Shown piece by piece: positions 39,270 through 52,214 of a DNA stretch of 64,000 nt. Position numbers and translations under genes: made by a program. Each line of letters starts with the position of its first letter. Position 1 is the first letter of the stretch. The notes beneath the pieces were generated by a model that saw nothing but the letters and a program-made list of their open reading frames with translations, was not told the DNA's origin and ran no database searches. Source of the DNA: the human T2T-CHM13v2.0 reference genome, Homo sapiens; NCBI RefSeq assembly GCF_009914755.1, contig NC_060926.1. One strand, given 5' to 3'.

Positions 39270-40435
39270 GAGTATTAGAAGAACATATTCACCTTGAAAA
39301 AAGTAAAACAACAAATAAAGTTAAATTTTACATTGACCACCATCCCTAATTTTCTTCTTCAGTGGTAACCACTATAATCATTTGCTATTTCTTCCCAGAA
39401 CTTTTTCTACGCTTTTCCATACATATGTCTCTACCCAGGAAAAAAATGCATTAATTTTAAATTATTTTAAAATAGTGACATTATTATACTGTTTTGTAAT
39501 TATCGTTTTTTACTGCTGTGTCTTGAAGGTATTCCATTGTAATAAATATACATTGTTTATTCCTCTTAAATTAGGCATATTATTCAGATTTAAGGTTGTA
39601 CTCTAATTTATTTAACCTTTACCATAAAATCATATAATTTGTTTACAATTTTAAATGCTGCTGAAAATAATTTTCTCATATTAGCTTCTTTATGGCATGA
39701 ATAAAAATTTCCCTAGAGTATATACTTCTGGGTGAAGTGGCTGGATTGATGTTTGTGTGCAATCCTCAAAATTGGTGGATATTGCCGTTTTGATCTCCAG
39801 TATGGCAGTATCAGTTTACACTCCCAAAAGCTGTATATGGAAGTTTCTGTTGCTCTACATCTTTACCAATACTTGGTGTTGTCCAATTTGTTAATTTCTT
39901 GCCTTTCGATGGGTTTGTAATAGCTTTTCATGGTTATTATATGCATTTGTATGGTGACCAGCAGGTAGCGAAGCACTTTCCCAATTAGAAAGGTAATCTC
40001 TGGACTGTGACAGAGTTGTCTTTTTCATCTAGCAACAGTCTAGCCAAGTCTATCCTACAGTCTGTTCTACTATACTGTGAGTCATTTAATATCCAATATA
40101 AACCCCTTTCTACTTAAATCGGTAGCTATAAATTCTGTTTTTTTGCATGTGAATACTGAACCACATCATTAATAAGGAAGTATGTGAGAATGGACATCTT
40201 TAGCACCTTGATGCTCAGACATAAACCTGTTCTATCTCTTTATTTTGGTCTTCTTTTAAAATTTTAATAAAGTACTTTTGGTTTCTCCATAAAATTCTTA
40301 CACATACATTTATAATTATAAGTGTAATTATAGAACATATATATTGCTTATTACTCGGTGTATTAAAAGTTTGGTTCCAATGTGAATGAGGCTATTTTTA
40401 TGTTCCCTTATATTTACTGATTAGATGCTGTTGTG
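39270..40435 (-). mobile_element. Old L1ME fragments
   Basis: gtggtaaccactat; ccctagagtatatactt..ggctggat; cagtttacactccca..gctgtatatggaagtttctgttgctctacatc. Confidence 0.65.
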
Positions 40436-40436
40436 C

Positions 40437-40962
40437 AGTAATGAGGATCTTTTGTTTGTTAGTGACAGAACCTACTCTCAAATTGGCCTCAACAAAAATA
40501 AGAAATGTATTAGTTTACTTTGCAAACATTGGATTCAGGACTGAAACAATGACATCAGGACTCAGAATCTTTCTATTGCTTGCATCAGTTTTCCATTATG
40601 TCATCTGTTTCAAGCAGGCTCTATGCTTGAGATAATAAAATGCCCATCAGTAGCTTCAGGGCAATATCTCAGCAGCAGAGGAAAACCAGCTGAAGGGAAG
40701 TTTCTCTTTCCCATCAGTCCTAGAGTAACTAGAAAGGCTTGCATGCTCCAGAGGCAGGTAGGGCAGGTAGATAGACCTGGGCAGGTAGACAGAGCACTGT
40801 GATTGGTCAGGTTCGACTTGATGACTGCCAGCACAGGGACTGGGGTAGGCTACTGTGAAAGGCCTAGAGGCCTGGAGTAACAGCAAAAGGAAATCGAGGT
40901 AAGGATTCTAAAAGTAGAAGAAATGGATGCCATGCAGGCAAAAAGTGTAGATGTCAACTACT
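40437..40962 (-). mobile_element. MLT1 (J/K-like) MaLR LTR
   Basis: aggatcttttgtttgttagtgacagaacctactctcaaattggc...ggatgccatgcaggcaaaaa..agatgtcaactac. Confidence 0.65.
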
Positions 40963-40964
40963 AG

Positions 40965-41390
40965 CTATATAAGAATTCTGTTCATTTTGATTGTTGATCT
41001 CTTCTACACCCATATTCCAAACTCTCTAATAGTTTTAGTATTTTTAGTTTCTTGAATGATTTTAGACAGATTATTATACCAATAAATAATACACTAATCT
41101 TTCCTTTTGAAAGCTTTTCCTTCATTTACTTTTATGGCATTATTCATTTGTCTAGGATCTCCAGTACGATGTAGAATAGCAAGGATATCAGTAGTGATAT
41201 TTACTAGTAGTTTTAATGGGGATGCTTTTTATGATTATGATAATTGTTAACTTGATATTTGCTTTAACTCTTTGGTAGACATCTTTATTAAGATAAAAAA
41301 AGCTCCTTAGATTAAAAGTTTTGTTTTTAAATGAATGATTGTTAGATTTTATCAGATGTTTTCTTTCTGATTTTTTTTTCTGCCTTCGAA
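40965..41390 (-). mobile_element. Old L1M ORF2 fragment
   Basis: tctaggatctccagtacgatgtagaatag; tttggtagacatctttattaag; gttagattttatcagatg. Confidence 0.6.
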
Positions 41391-42569
41391 CATAAAACAA
41401 ATTAAAGTGCTACCAGACTGCTACAACAAATCTTAACTTTTTGTAACATTTGCCTCAGATTTTTTTTTCAAGTGAAACATTGAAGACATAGTTAAAATCC
41501 TTGTGTAACTCTTCAAGTGCATAGCTATCTTTCTCTGATCATCAGTACAGTGGCTGGCTATAAAGAGAATTTACTGACCTTCTAAGCAGGGGGATTTTGC
41601 CCTTCTGATTGCTATAGTTAGGACCGGTTAATATTAGGGTACTGAGAATGCTTTGAAGAACTGCAGAGGACAAGTGATAATGAGATCTCAGACAGAACTA
41701 CGTTTTATTTTACTTTTACAAAAGCCATGTCACATTGTCCCCCAAAGTTATATTTGTAAAACTAGTTAAACCTGCTTGTTTTGCAGTGAAGTGTCTTTAT
41801 AGCCTCTTTTGTTTGTGTGAATTCACATCTTTTTAAAGTCTCTTGTTGATCCAATTGCTATTTTGTGTCTCTTCTTTCCTATATAGTATATCAGAATTAG
41901 CTCAGTACATCACAAGTTTTGTTTTCAAAAACATAATGAACAACATATATTATTATACTGCCAGGACCAAATACAAGATCTTAAAAATAGCATTTCATTT
42001 AGACTTTGTGTTATTCAGAAATAAAATAATAACGTTATAATTTATGTCAAAAGGAACCATTTTCAAATACTTTTTTTTCCATAACAGTTACTAGGCAAAG
42101 GCTAAGTTGGTGTTTTACTTTGGGGCTGGACTATTTTCATATCAATTACTTAATCTCATTCATTCGTTCACTGCTCATTTGCTGTCTACAATCAACACAG
42201 ATGCTATGAATACTTGTGAAAGAACTACATATGCAAAGCAAAAGTTAAAAGCTTATGGCTAGATTCTGTGGGTCAGAAAAAGCTAGAAGCCCATTGGTTT
42301 TCCAGCATTAAGCTTTCAGCTCTAAAAATTTCATTCAATCTACTCTAAGGAAGAGGTGAGGATGCCTATATCAAAGCAGGCTCCCATGTGTAGAGCAGAG
42401 ATATTTCCAGAGTATTTGGTCGATGCCAGTGAAAAGTTAACAGAAAACTATCATTCTGGTAATTCTCCTTCATCAGTAAATTACCCTTAACATGATGTAC
42501 AAAGGAGGATATTTTGCTTAGTTGCCCAGTGAAAGGTATGATAAAAATGTTTTGTGCCCTTCTGAAGAT

Positions 42570-43150
42570 AGCTACTCTAAAATCAGAAGAACCTGGGTTT
42601 CAACCTGACTCTCACAGGTTTTGTAAAATGGTACTTAATGCTTATTAGACTTAGTGTCATCATTAGTAAAGTGAGAAGAATTAAGCCACTCCACATATTT
42701 GTGCAGTGTTCAATATGTTTGCTGTCACAAAATACTTATTCAAAATAGGTATGCTCCCTATTTTTAATTATTCCAGAATCATTCTGCTGTAATCTTTCCT
42801 AAAATATTATAAGATGCTACCACAGAAACTCAAAAGGAACATAAATATTATCAATATAATATGGGGGTCTGGCATATCAGTTTTGTTCCTTCAACTTAGC
42901 TATTAAGAGATCATTTTTGAATCATTTACTGTAATTCCAGTGCTATATTAAGCACTTTATATATAGTACATCATGAAAGCTTCTAGACAATACTGTGAAG
43001 TTGTTGGTATTATGACAGGTGCACAACTAAGAAAACAGGTGTGGGAGATTTAAATAAACATTTTCACGTCACACAACATAGGTGACATGTCCGTCATTGG
43101 GACTCAAGCCTGGCTAGTCACAAAGCAACCTGTGCTTTTATCCAACATTC
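42570..43150. mobile_element. MIR fragments (+ at ~42570-42700, - at ~42920-43150)
   Basis: aaatcagaagaacctgggtttcaacctgactct; tgctatattaagcactttatat...acaatactgtgaag...gggactcaagcc. Confidence 0.5.
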
Positions 43151-44439
43151 TCTCTTACGTCTTCTTATTGGCGAATAATCCATCACCCAACAAAGACTGT
43201 CTTTTTCAGAGGCTGTCCCAGTGCAGCACTAGAGGCAGCCTCTGTCTGTTGCTTTTGCAAGTGGTGGGCTCTCTCCTAAAAGGGTCCCTTTCCCTCAGAA
43301 GACACATTATTTGAGACATGAGGGAGAGATATGCTGATGGACAAGCACATATGGGTAAGTAGAATGTGCCTCCAATTCCTCTTTTCAGATACTGTCTGTG
43401 GTCATGTGACCAAGTGAGGTCTATGCTTGCTATTTCATAATAGCCCTCAAATTCCAGTTTCTATTAAAATGGTTCTTGTACTTAGAACCCTTTTTATCCA
43501 TCTACAATTGCCTTTTGTTATAATGCTGCTTAATATTTCAAGTTTCTTTCTGATTCCATCCAGGTTTTTGAAGGAAGCTCTCATAGGTAGTGAAATTAGC
43601 GCTCCCCTGAAACCATCACCTGCCTCATCCATTGCCAGCCACTTCTGTAGCATGAACAAGTCCCATCCTATCCCTTAGCTGTTGCCAATCCTGGTTTCCA
43701 TATGGGTTTGAACTTTTCAGGACAATATTCACAACTTTAAGTCACCAAGAAAAAGAGTGGTTTTTAACCAAGTAATCCTGTACAGATCAGTAAACATTCT
43801 GTGGTTTGCTTTGTCTGTGTCCTTTTAACCTTGTTAGGAAGAGCTCAATGGCTCTGGAGTCAGAGAGTGCTCACAAATAGCATTCTATTACATGTCATTT
43901 TTTCACATTTACGATACATACTGACATAAACTGACTTGCTGAAATATTCTCTTGGTTTCATAAGGTCAAATATGGTTCAATCAAGAGGTGCTATTGAATA
44001 GCTTTATTATTAACATTATCGCATGGTGGAAAAGTGTACCAGAACAGAAGAGCAATGACCCATTGCAGATGTGCGCAAGGTAAAAAGAGATGCCTTCAAT
44101 AGGCTATTGAGTTCACCTAGGGCATTTAAATCTCAATAACAAGCACTACTACAAAAGTCCCTTATTATTCCAAATACAACAAATGCCCCCGTGCACATGA
44201 ATCACAGAAATAAAGTAGTTAATAAACAATAGTGCTTCAAGCCCATTTTATCTACAAAAGTCACTTTAAGTATCAGGATGCATGTCATATTCAGATGCCC
44301 CTCATCATTAATTGAAGTAATGCGCTATTTCTTCCCACTCTTATCCTGAATTCTTCTGTTTATTATCCCAGGCTGTGGTAAATATAAACAAGCTGGAGAT
44401 GTGCAAGAACAGTCATCACAAATCTTTTTTTTTCCCCAT

Positions 44440-45940
44440 TTAGTCATCTACAAACCTTTTTGAGAAGCGGCAGTGTGTCAGACATATTTCTGAGTGCTGT
44501 TAGAAACAATGTTGAATAATGCATGACTTCTGCCTTTATGAATCTTACATTCTAATGAGTGACAGACAGATATTACAGAACTGTCAAGTACTATAAGTAC
44601 AATTACAGAGATATTCTCAATGCAGTATATGCTAAACCACCAGAAAACTGTAAAGGCTCCAATTCAAATAGGAGGAGATTTGGGAAATCTGAGAAAACAT
44701 GATCCTTGAACTGACGTTTGCAGTATGCTGTTGGTTAGATAAAAGAAAAACTGGAAAAGAATGGGCCAAGAGAAGAGAGTAGGATGAGGAAAACTGCTGT
44801 GCCATAAACATCAGTTTATTAGTTTGTAGATATTTGATGTGAAAGGAGCAAATGTTCATGTGGGTAATGGGGAAAGATGAAGCAAAAGAGGTTGGAAACA
44901 GCCATAGCATAGATGGCTTTGAGTAATAAGGTATGATATTTATTCTAAAGGATATAATAAAATTCAAAATAGCCTAATATCATATTGTTGTGCTTTTATA
45001 AATATTATTTGGGAATGATTTAGAAAAACAGGAATTTGAGACAGAAAGATCAGTTAGACAGTCATTGCGGAAAGGAGTTTATAACCATAATTTATGCAAA
45101 AGGTGTTAATAACTTGCACTTAGAGACTATATTCGAAAAATGGAATGAATTGGAGACATTTTTAAAAAGTACAATCTAGAGTACTGTAAAACAGTAGATA
45201 TAAAGGGTAAAATGAAAAAGGAGACTAAGGCAATTTACAGATTCTTGGCTTAGGTGTTGAGGTGAGGTTGAGCTGGAAAGGTAATAAATAATGAATCCAA
45301 TATTTTACTTGTATAATAGAATAAGATGTATCCGTGGAGCATCTGCATAGCTACGCAAAAGTATTGATTTGGAAGTCATTAGTATTTCAGTAAAATCTGA
45401 AGTTTTAGATGTGAATGGTAAAACTTAAGGGTTATGTAAGGAGCAATAAGAGCTTTCTGCCAAGACTTGATCCTTGCAGTACATCAATATTTAAGAGAAT
45501 AATAAGAACTTGGGAAGAAGATTGATGCATAACTTCCAAAGAAGTAGGAAGAGCAGGAGAAAAGCCAGGAATGAGGAGAATCTTAAACAAATTAAAAAAA
45601 GAACTCAAAATAAACAAGGCTGTGATCGATATTAACATGGAAGTGTCACAAAAAAAGTATGTGTGTATATAATGATGTGACAGAAAAGGGACAAACATAC
45701 ACTGAGATACAGAAGACCAATCACTGGATATTACAGAATTGCACTTATGGAAATCAGTAACGATGTCTGCAAAAAGTTTAAGTAGAATGATGGGGGAGAA
45801 ATTAGATTGTAGGGCTTTGAGTTATTAATGGAAAACAGGAAGTTGGAGAGAATTATAAGAAACTAGATTAGACGAGTCATCCAGGAAGCTTGATTTTGAA
45901 TGGAAAGAGTTATGGACTGAGACATAGGTGGAAATAAAGG
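44440..45940 (-). mobile_element. L2 LINE, long degraded 3' portion
   Basis: tgtgtcagac..tctgagtgctg...ctgcctttatgaatcttacattctaatg...agatcagttagacagtcattgc...gatttggaagtcattagtatt...ttagattgtagggctttgag. Confidence 0.75.
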
Positions 45941-46109
45941 ACAATTTTTAAAATAACATTAATATATTTTGAATGCACCAAATATTCACAGGGTATGAAA
46001 TTTAAGAAGTACAAAATGTAACATAGTAAAAAATGAGATGTATCATTTACCTTAATTCCATCCATTAATTTCTTCTACTCAAAGCTAATCTTGTGACTAG
46101 TTTCTTTCT

Positions 46110-46397
46110 CTTTCTTTTTCTTTCTTTCCTTCTTTCTTTCCTTCTTTCTTTCTCTCTCTCTTCCTCTCTCTCTCTCTTTCTTTCTCTTTTTTTTTTGAGA
46201 CTGAGTCTCACTTTGTCACCCAGGCTCGAGTTCAGCGGCACAATCATAGCTCACTGCAATCTTGAACTCCTGGGTTCAACCCGTCCTGCCACCTTAGCCT
46301 CACGAGTAGCTAGGACTACAGCAGTATGACAGCACTCCTGTTTATTGTTACTTTTTACATTTCTGCAGAGACAGGGTCTTGCTTTGTCGCCCAGGCT
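46110..46397 (-). mobile_element. 5'-truncated AluJ with expanded (CTTT/CT)n tail
   Basis: caatcatagctcactgca..cttgaactcctggg AluJ motifs; perfect 14-bp TSD actagtttctttct at 46096-46109 and 46398-46411. Confidence 0.92.
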
Positions 46398-46659
46398 ACT
46401 AGTTTCTTTCTTGTGTATCCTCAGAATAAATGTTTTGATGCTTATACATTTGTATAGGTGTGTATCTGTTTATATTCATTTTTTAACACAAATGATAGCA
46501 TACCATACATACTATTCTATACTTTTCTTAATGCAGTTAGCATTATATCTTCAATATTTTTCTATTTTAGCATGTATCAACCTGCTTCAGGGCTTTTAAT
46601 GACTGCTTGATTTTTAATTTTATAAATAACTTAAATAATTTGTATATTTACTTTTCAAT

Positions 46660-46985
46660 TAAAAATGCAAAACACAAAAAGAAACATGAACGTATGGCTA
46701 ATATGCAAGAAAAAAGTAGTATAAGGAAACTATCCCCGAGGGGGCCAGATGTTGGACTTACTAGGAAAATATTTTAATTCAGTCATTATTAAACTTTTAT
46801 TATATAAAAGAATGTAGGTAAACTATGTCTAAAGAATTGAAGGGAAGTATAAGAAGGATATATCATCAAATGGAGGATATTGCTCAAGAGATAGATATTA
46901 CAAAAGGTAACCAAAGAGAAAATATTATATTGGAAAATACAATAACTGTAATTAAGAAATCACTTAAGGAGCTTAACAGCAGCTT
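46660..46985 (+). mobile_element. L1M 5' region / ORF1 start
   Basis: ccccgagggggccagatgttggacttactagg...ggaaaatacaataactgtaatt..aaatcactt..ggagcttaacagcag. Confidence 0.75.
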
Positions 46986-48930
46986 TGTTAAAATTTGTTC
47001 AGCATTTTTGCATCTATTTTTAGTTCTTCCTTATAAGGAATAATGGTCTGTGTTTCAGGTAACATTTTTGTCTGGTTTGGATTACAAGGAAATACTCACT
47101 TATAGAACGAGTGGGGAAGTAGTCCCCCCTTCTCTTTTTTGAAAGAGTTTGTGAGGAATTGGTATAGGTTATTTTTAAGTGTTTTATAGAATTTATTTGT
47201 GAAGACTTCTAGGTATGGGTTTTTCTTTGTGAGTTTTTTGATATGTAATTCCCTTCCTCCCTCCTTCCCATCTGTCCTCCCTTCCTCCCTTCCTCCCTTC
47301 CTTCCCTTCTTCCCTCCTTCCTTCCTTCCTAAAGGTCAATTTATATTTTTCTGTGGCTTCTTAGGTCAATTTCAGTTGTTTGTGTCCTTGTAGAAATGGT
47401 CCATTTCATCTAAGCTGTATCATTTATTGGCATACAATTATTAACAGTATTCTTTTCAATCAATTTTATTTTTGTAAGGTGAGTAGTTATGTCGTTTATT
47501 TTATTTCTAATTTTAGTAATCTGAGTTTTCTCTTTTCACCTTGATCACTCTGTCTAAAGATTTGTCAATTTTGTTAACATTTGGAAAGAACTAACACTTG
47601 GTTCTTTTCGTTTTTTTTCTATTGCTTTTCTATTCTCTTTTTCATTTGTTTCCACTGTATTTTCTACTATTTTCTTCATTCTGGTTGCTTTGGATTTACT
47701 CTCCTTTATTTCAGTGCCCTAAGATGGAAAGCTATGTTATTTATTTGAGCTCTTTCTTCTTTGTTAATATAGGTAACTACATGTGCAATTTTTTTTCTAA
47801 GCTCTGCTTTAGCTTCTTCCCATAAGTTTTAGTGTGTTGCATTTTATTTTGCATTCATCTCAAACTATTTTGTAATTTGCCTTTTATGGCTTTTTTGAGC
47901 CATTTATTATTTAAAAGTTTGTTGATTAACTTTTCAGATTTGTTTCTCAAATTTCTTTCCAATATAAATTTCTAATTTTCTTGCATTGTGCTTAGAGAAC
48001 ATATTTTGTATTATTTCAATTCTATACATGTATTAAGATTTTTTAAATGACCTAGTATATGTTCTATGGTGGAGAATGTTCCATATGTACTTGAAAAGAA
48101 TGTGCATTCTGCTGTTTTTGGAGCGATGTTCTATAAATGACTGTTAGGTCTAGTTGGCTTATAATGTTATTTAAATCTTCTACTTATTGTTAATCTTCTG
48201 CTTAGTTGATGTATCCGATATTTCAAGTGAGGCCTTAAAGTATCTAACTGTTATTATTGAATTGCCCATTTCTCCATTTTTGTCATATTTTTCTTCATGC
48301 ATTTGATGTTCTATTGTTTGGTGCAAGTAAGTCTATAATTTTGAATCTCCCTGATTAATGTTTAATTATAAATGTTGCTCTTTATTTCCATAATATTTTA
48401 ATGTCTATGTTATGGTATTTCATATAGCCACTCTAGTTTCATAATTGTTATTTGCATGACACATTTTTTCAATTCTTTTGCTTTCAATCTATTTGCATTT
48501 TTGAATCTCAACTGTGTCTATTGTAGACAGCACATAGTTGGAGCTTTTATTTTTAATTATATCTTATTCTCTCTGACTTCTGATTAGAAGCTATTATCCA
48601 TTGCAATTTAATGTTTTTATGGATATAGTTGGATTTAAGCCTGAAATTTTACTTTTTGTTTCTATATGACTTCCGTCAGGTTTTCTTTCTCGATCTCCTT
48701 TATTGCTTTCTTGCATTAAGTGAATATTTATTTCATAATCTGATGTCTTACTTATTTTAATTTTTTTTACTGATTTTTTGAGTTGGGAGCTGAAGGAAGT
48801 GGAAGCCCTGTGTTCTTGACTGCCCTCCCCTGGACTGGAATTTGTCACTCTGCTTTAGAAGGTGGAGGGAGGCAGTGGATTGCAGTTCATATGCCAAGAC
48901 TTTTATTGTCCTTACTGAGTATTAGTAGAT
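46986..48930 (-). mobile_element. L1M ORF2 N-terminal (endonuclease) region plus 5'-region piece
   Basis: gagaatgttccatatgtacttgaaaagaatgtgcattctgctg; tgtagacagcacatagttgg; ccatttcatctaagctgt; includes a (CCTT)n tract at ~47250-47330. Confidence 0.8.
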
Positions 48931-48934
48931 TTTC

Positions 48935-49400
48935 AATTGTTTGTGATAGCAGAAAACTGGAGGCCATGTAGGAGCCTATCACTAGTGAATGGATAAGCAA
49001 AATATTATTGATGCGTGCTGTGGGATACAATTCGGTTATTAGAATTAACTGATTGTATTCTCAGCAATATGGATAAATCTTGAAAATACTGCCAATGGAA
49101 ATAAAAACAGATTAAGATTGATGGCAAAATGGCATTCACTTAAATTTAAAAATATTCATAAAATAATATCATGTATTTTGCAAAGATGTACGAATATCTA
49201 AGGAGACATCTATTTAACACAGTAGAGTAGAAGTATATGGGAGAAGAAAGAAGAAGGGGATCTGAAAGAAGTGAGGAAGAAAAACTCCAGCGATAATGTG
49301 TTATGAACTGAGATGTAGAATGGACTATTTGTACCTGAATTCCATCCCTCAAAAAAGAGCAACAACAACAAAAATAAACCAACTAAGTTATATTGAAAAT
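48935..49400 (+). mobile_element. L1ME 3' UTR fragment
   Basis: ttgtttgtgatagcagaaaactgga..tgaatggataagcaaa..cagcaatatggataaatct. Confidence 0.6.
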
Positions 49401-49701
49401 TGCTATTTGTTACATGCGACATCAGATATATCATCCATTTATTCCACAAATAGTTTTCAGCACCAGCTGTGTGTTCCACAGTTCTAAATACTTAGAACAC
49501 GGTTGAATATCATATGTGATGTCCCAGCTTGCATGATATATAGTCTCCTGGAGGTGACAGACAATAAGCAAGCACATACCTAACTAAATAAGCTTACTAC
49601 CTGATTGCTAATGTAGTAAAGCTATGATATTGCAAGTGCTGTAGAGAAAAATAAAACAGCCTCCCAGCACTTTGGGAGGCTGTAGAGAAAAATAAAACAG
49701 A

Positions 49702-50021
<320 letters not shown>

Positions 50022-50054
50022 TCAAGAGTAATGGGAGAAGGACTCTTTTAAGTC

Positions 50055-50201
50055 TTTGCCAGGCAAAGTGTGCCACTGGGACCATCAATATAGGCATCAC
50101 CTGGGAATTTGACCCCACTTTTCCCAGATTTACTGAAAGAAACTGCATATTAAATAAAAACCCAGGTGATTCACACACATGTTAAAGTTTGAGATGTATT
50201 G
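50055..50201. mobile_element. MER5A/B MITE
   Basis: caaagtgtg..ggacca..ggcatcacctgggaa...cccaggtgattc..catgttaaagtttgaga. Confidence 0.8.
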
Positions 50202-51540
50202 CTTTAAACAAAGTGGTCAGGAAGTACCTTTGAGGAGTGGATACTTGAGGCCAGAATGTCATGCATGGATGGTGAGGGATGGGTCCTGGGGAGGCAAAAC
50301 CTTTCCGGCAGAGAAGAGGGAGTTCTACTGAGGTCTCCTAGGGAGTGTTGGCTCATTTAGAGAAGAGTATGACCGCCAGTTTGCCTAGAACAGAAAAGAA
50401 AGGAAAAGAGTGTTAATATATAATTCAAGTCTTGTTACTGCAAATACGTGTGTGTGTGTAGATAAATTTTCCAAATAAATTGCTTGTTTGTATATAATCA
50501 TTTAATTTATTATACTCTTTATTGTATTTCAGTACAATAGTTCTGGCCATGTGGTGGTTACTCAAACATATGCTTCGTTCAGTTATATAGCTATTCTTAT
50601 TAAAAAATAAAATTGAATTATGGTTTATTGCATGCATAATTCAGCACAATTCTTAATTATTTTTATTTCATCAATACTTCTAAAGGAATAAGTATGGGGA
50701 AAAAAGGCATGGTTCTGTGGTGTTTGTTAACTACAGTCAACAAAGGAGGCAGAATCTAAACCCAAGACTTCTGAATCCTTTCCAGGAATAGATGATTACT
50801 TCTTTCACGTGGTGTTTTTTTATTATAAATACCTAATGCAGTTGCTTACTTTTTAACAGCTATATAATTATTAAGAGGAAGTAGCTGGAACTATGGAAAA
50901 TATTAAACCAAACCCCAGAACTAATAAATGATAAATATTACTGGCTTCAAGATGAGCCAGCCATGCAAAAAATCATTAAAATTATTAAGTACTAGATGTT
51001 GATAACAAAATACTAGCTGGCTCCATGAAAGCTTGTCATATGCCTTCTAAATACATAATGAAGTAATTCTTCTTTTGTCCTTATTAAATTATTTTAACCA
51101 TTTTAATTTTGACACATTTATAAACATACATCCACACAAATATGTACACGCATATATAAGTTTGTGTGTGGTGTTGCCATTTCTTACAACTAAGTTAAAC
51201 TTTTCTTTCTTATTTTTTCTCACCCTTTCCTTTCTCTCTCATATATATACACGCACACAGTTACATATGTATATGTATGAGTATATATATACATAATCAC
51301 ATGCTGAAACTACCACTTCATCCTCTTCCTGCACACCCATGGGCTCCAACTCAGTGGTAAGCAGCCCTTCTTTTTCCTCATGGTGTGAGTCATGTGTTTA
51401 TAGGCTTGGTGGGTCTCAACATCATCTTGTGTGACCCCTCATGGTGAAAGTTTGCAGCATAATCCACTGAATCCACATCACCACCTCAACACATCACCTA
51501 ATATAACTATGCTTCCTCTTCCAAAGTCTTCAGTATGTCA

Positions 51541-51587
51541 TCCAAGATTAGCTCCAAGATCAGCTCCAAGGTCAGCTCCAAGATAGC
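51541..51587. repeat. 12-bp tandem repeat x4 (tccaagatcagc)
   Basis: tccaagattagc tccaagatcagc tccaaggtcagc tccaagatagc. Confidence 0.9.
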
Positions 51588-52214
51588 AGAGAAGGGTAAG
51601 GTTGAACCAGAGCAAATCTTGAGGAAGAGGTCATTGACCTGAGCCTTTTGACACCTCAGCTCCCACCCACCCTCATCCCTCTGCCTAGACCTGGCCATCT
51701 ACTGGGCCATCTTACCACATGCATCTTAGAAATGCAGCCTGTCACTCAACTCAGGTATTATTTTTGATTTGCTTAAATTTTCACTTTATAGTCACACACA
51801 AAGACTCATTTCAGAACTTGAATACATAAGTAAATGCAGTGTGTATCTTACATTGTCTTTTATTTTGGTATCTATAGAAGTTTTTATTTTAATAGTCAAC
51901 TGTACCATTTTTTCTTTAATGGTCAGGACTTTTTTTGTCCTATTAAGAAATTATATTTTTTCTTAGATTTTTTCCTGGAAATCAGTTTTCATTATAATGG
52001 AATCATGTTTGAATGTCCCAGGAACCTTTTGTGTTTAACTCAAACCTCTTCTAATCACTTCTCAAAGATTCACACCTGATTTTCATCTCCGAATTTTTTT
52101 CTGTAAGAATTTTACTTGACATATAATTCACAGACATATATTTTGTTTTTCCTAGTAGACACACAATCTAGAATTTTATGGTTGGTGTGAACTCTTTTGG
52201 TGTGTAATCTTTAT

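Noticed and set aside
51507-51698. Leucine-zipper-like ORF (LELTLELILELIL)
   Set aside because: The periodicity is simply the translated 12-bp tandem repeat.
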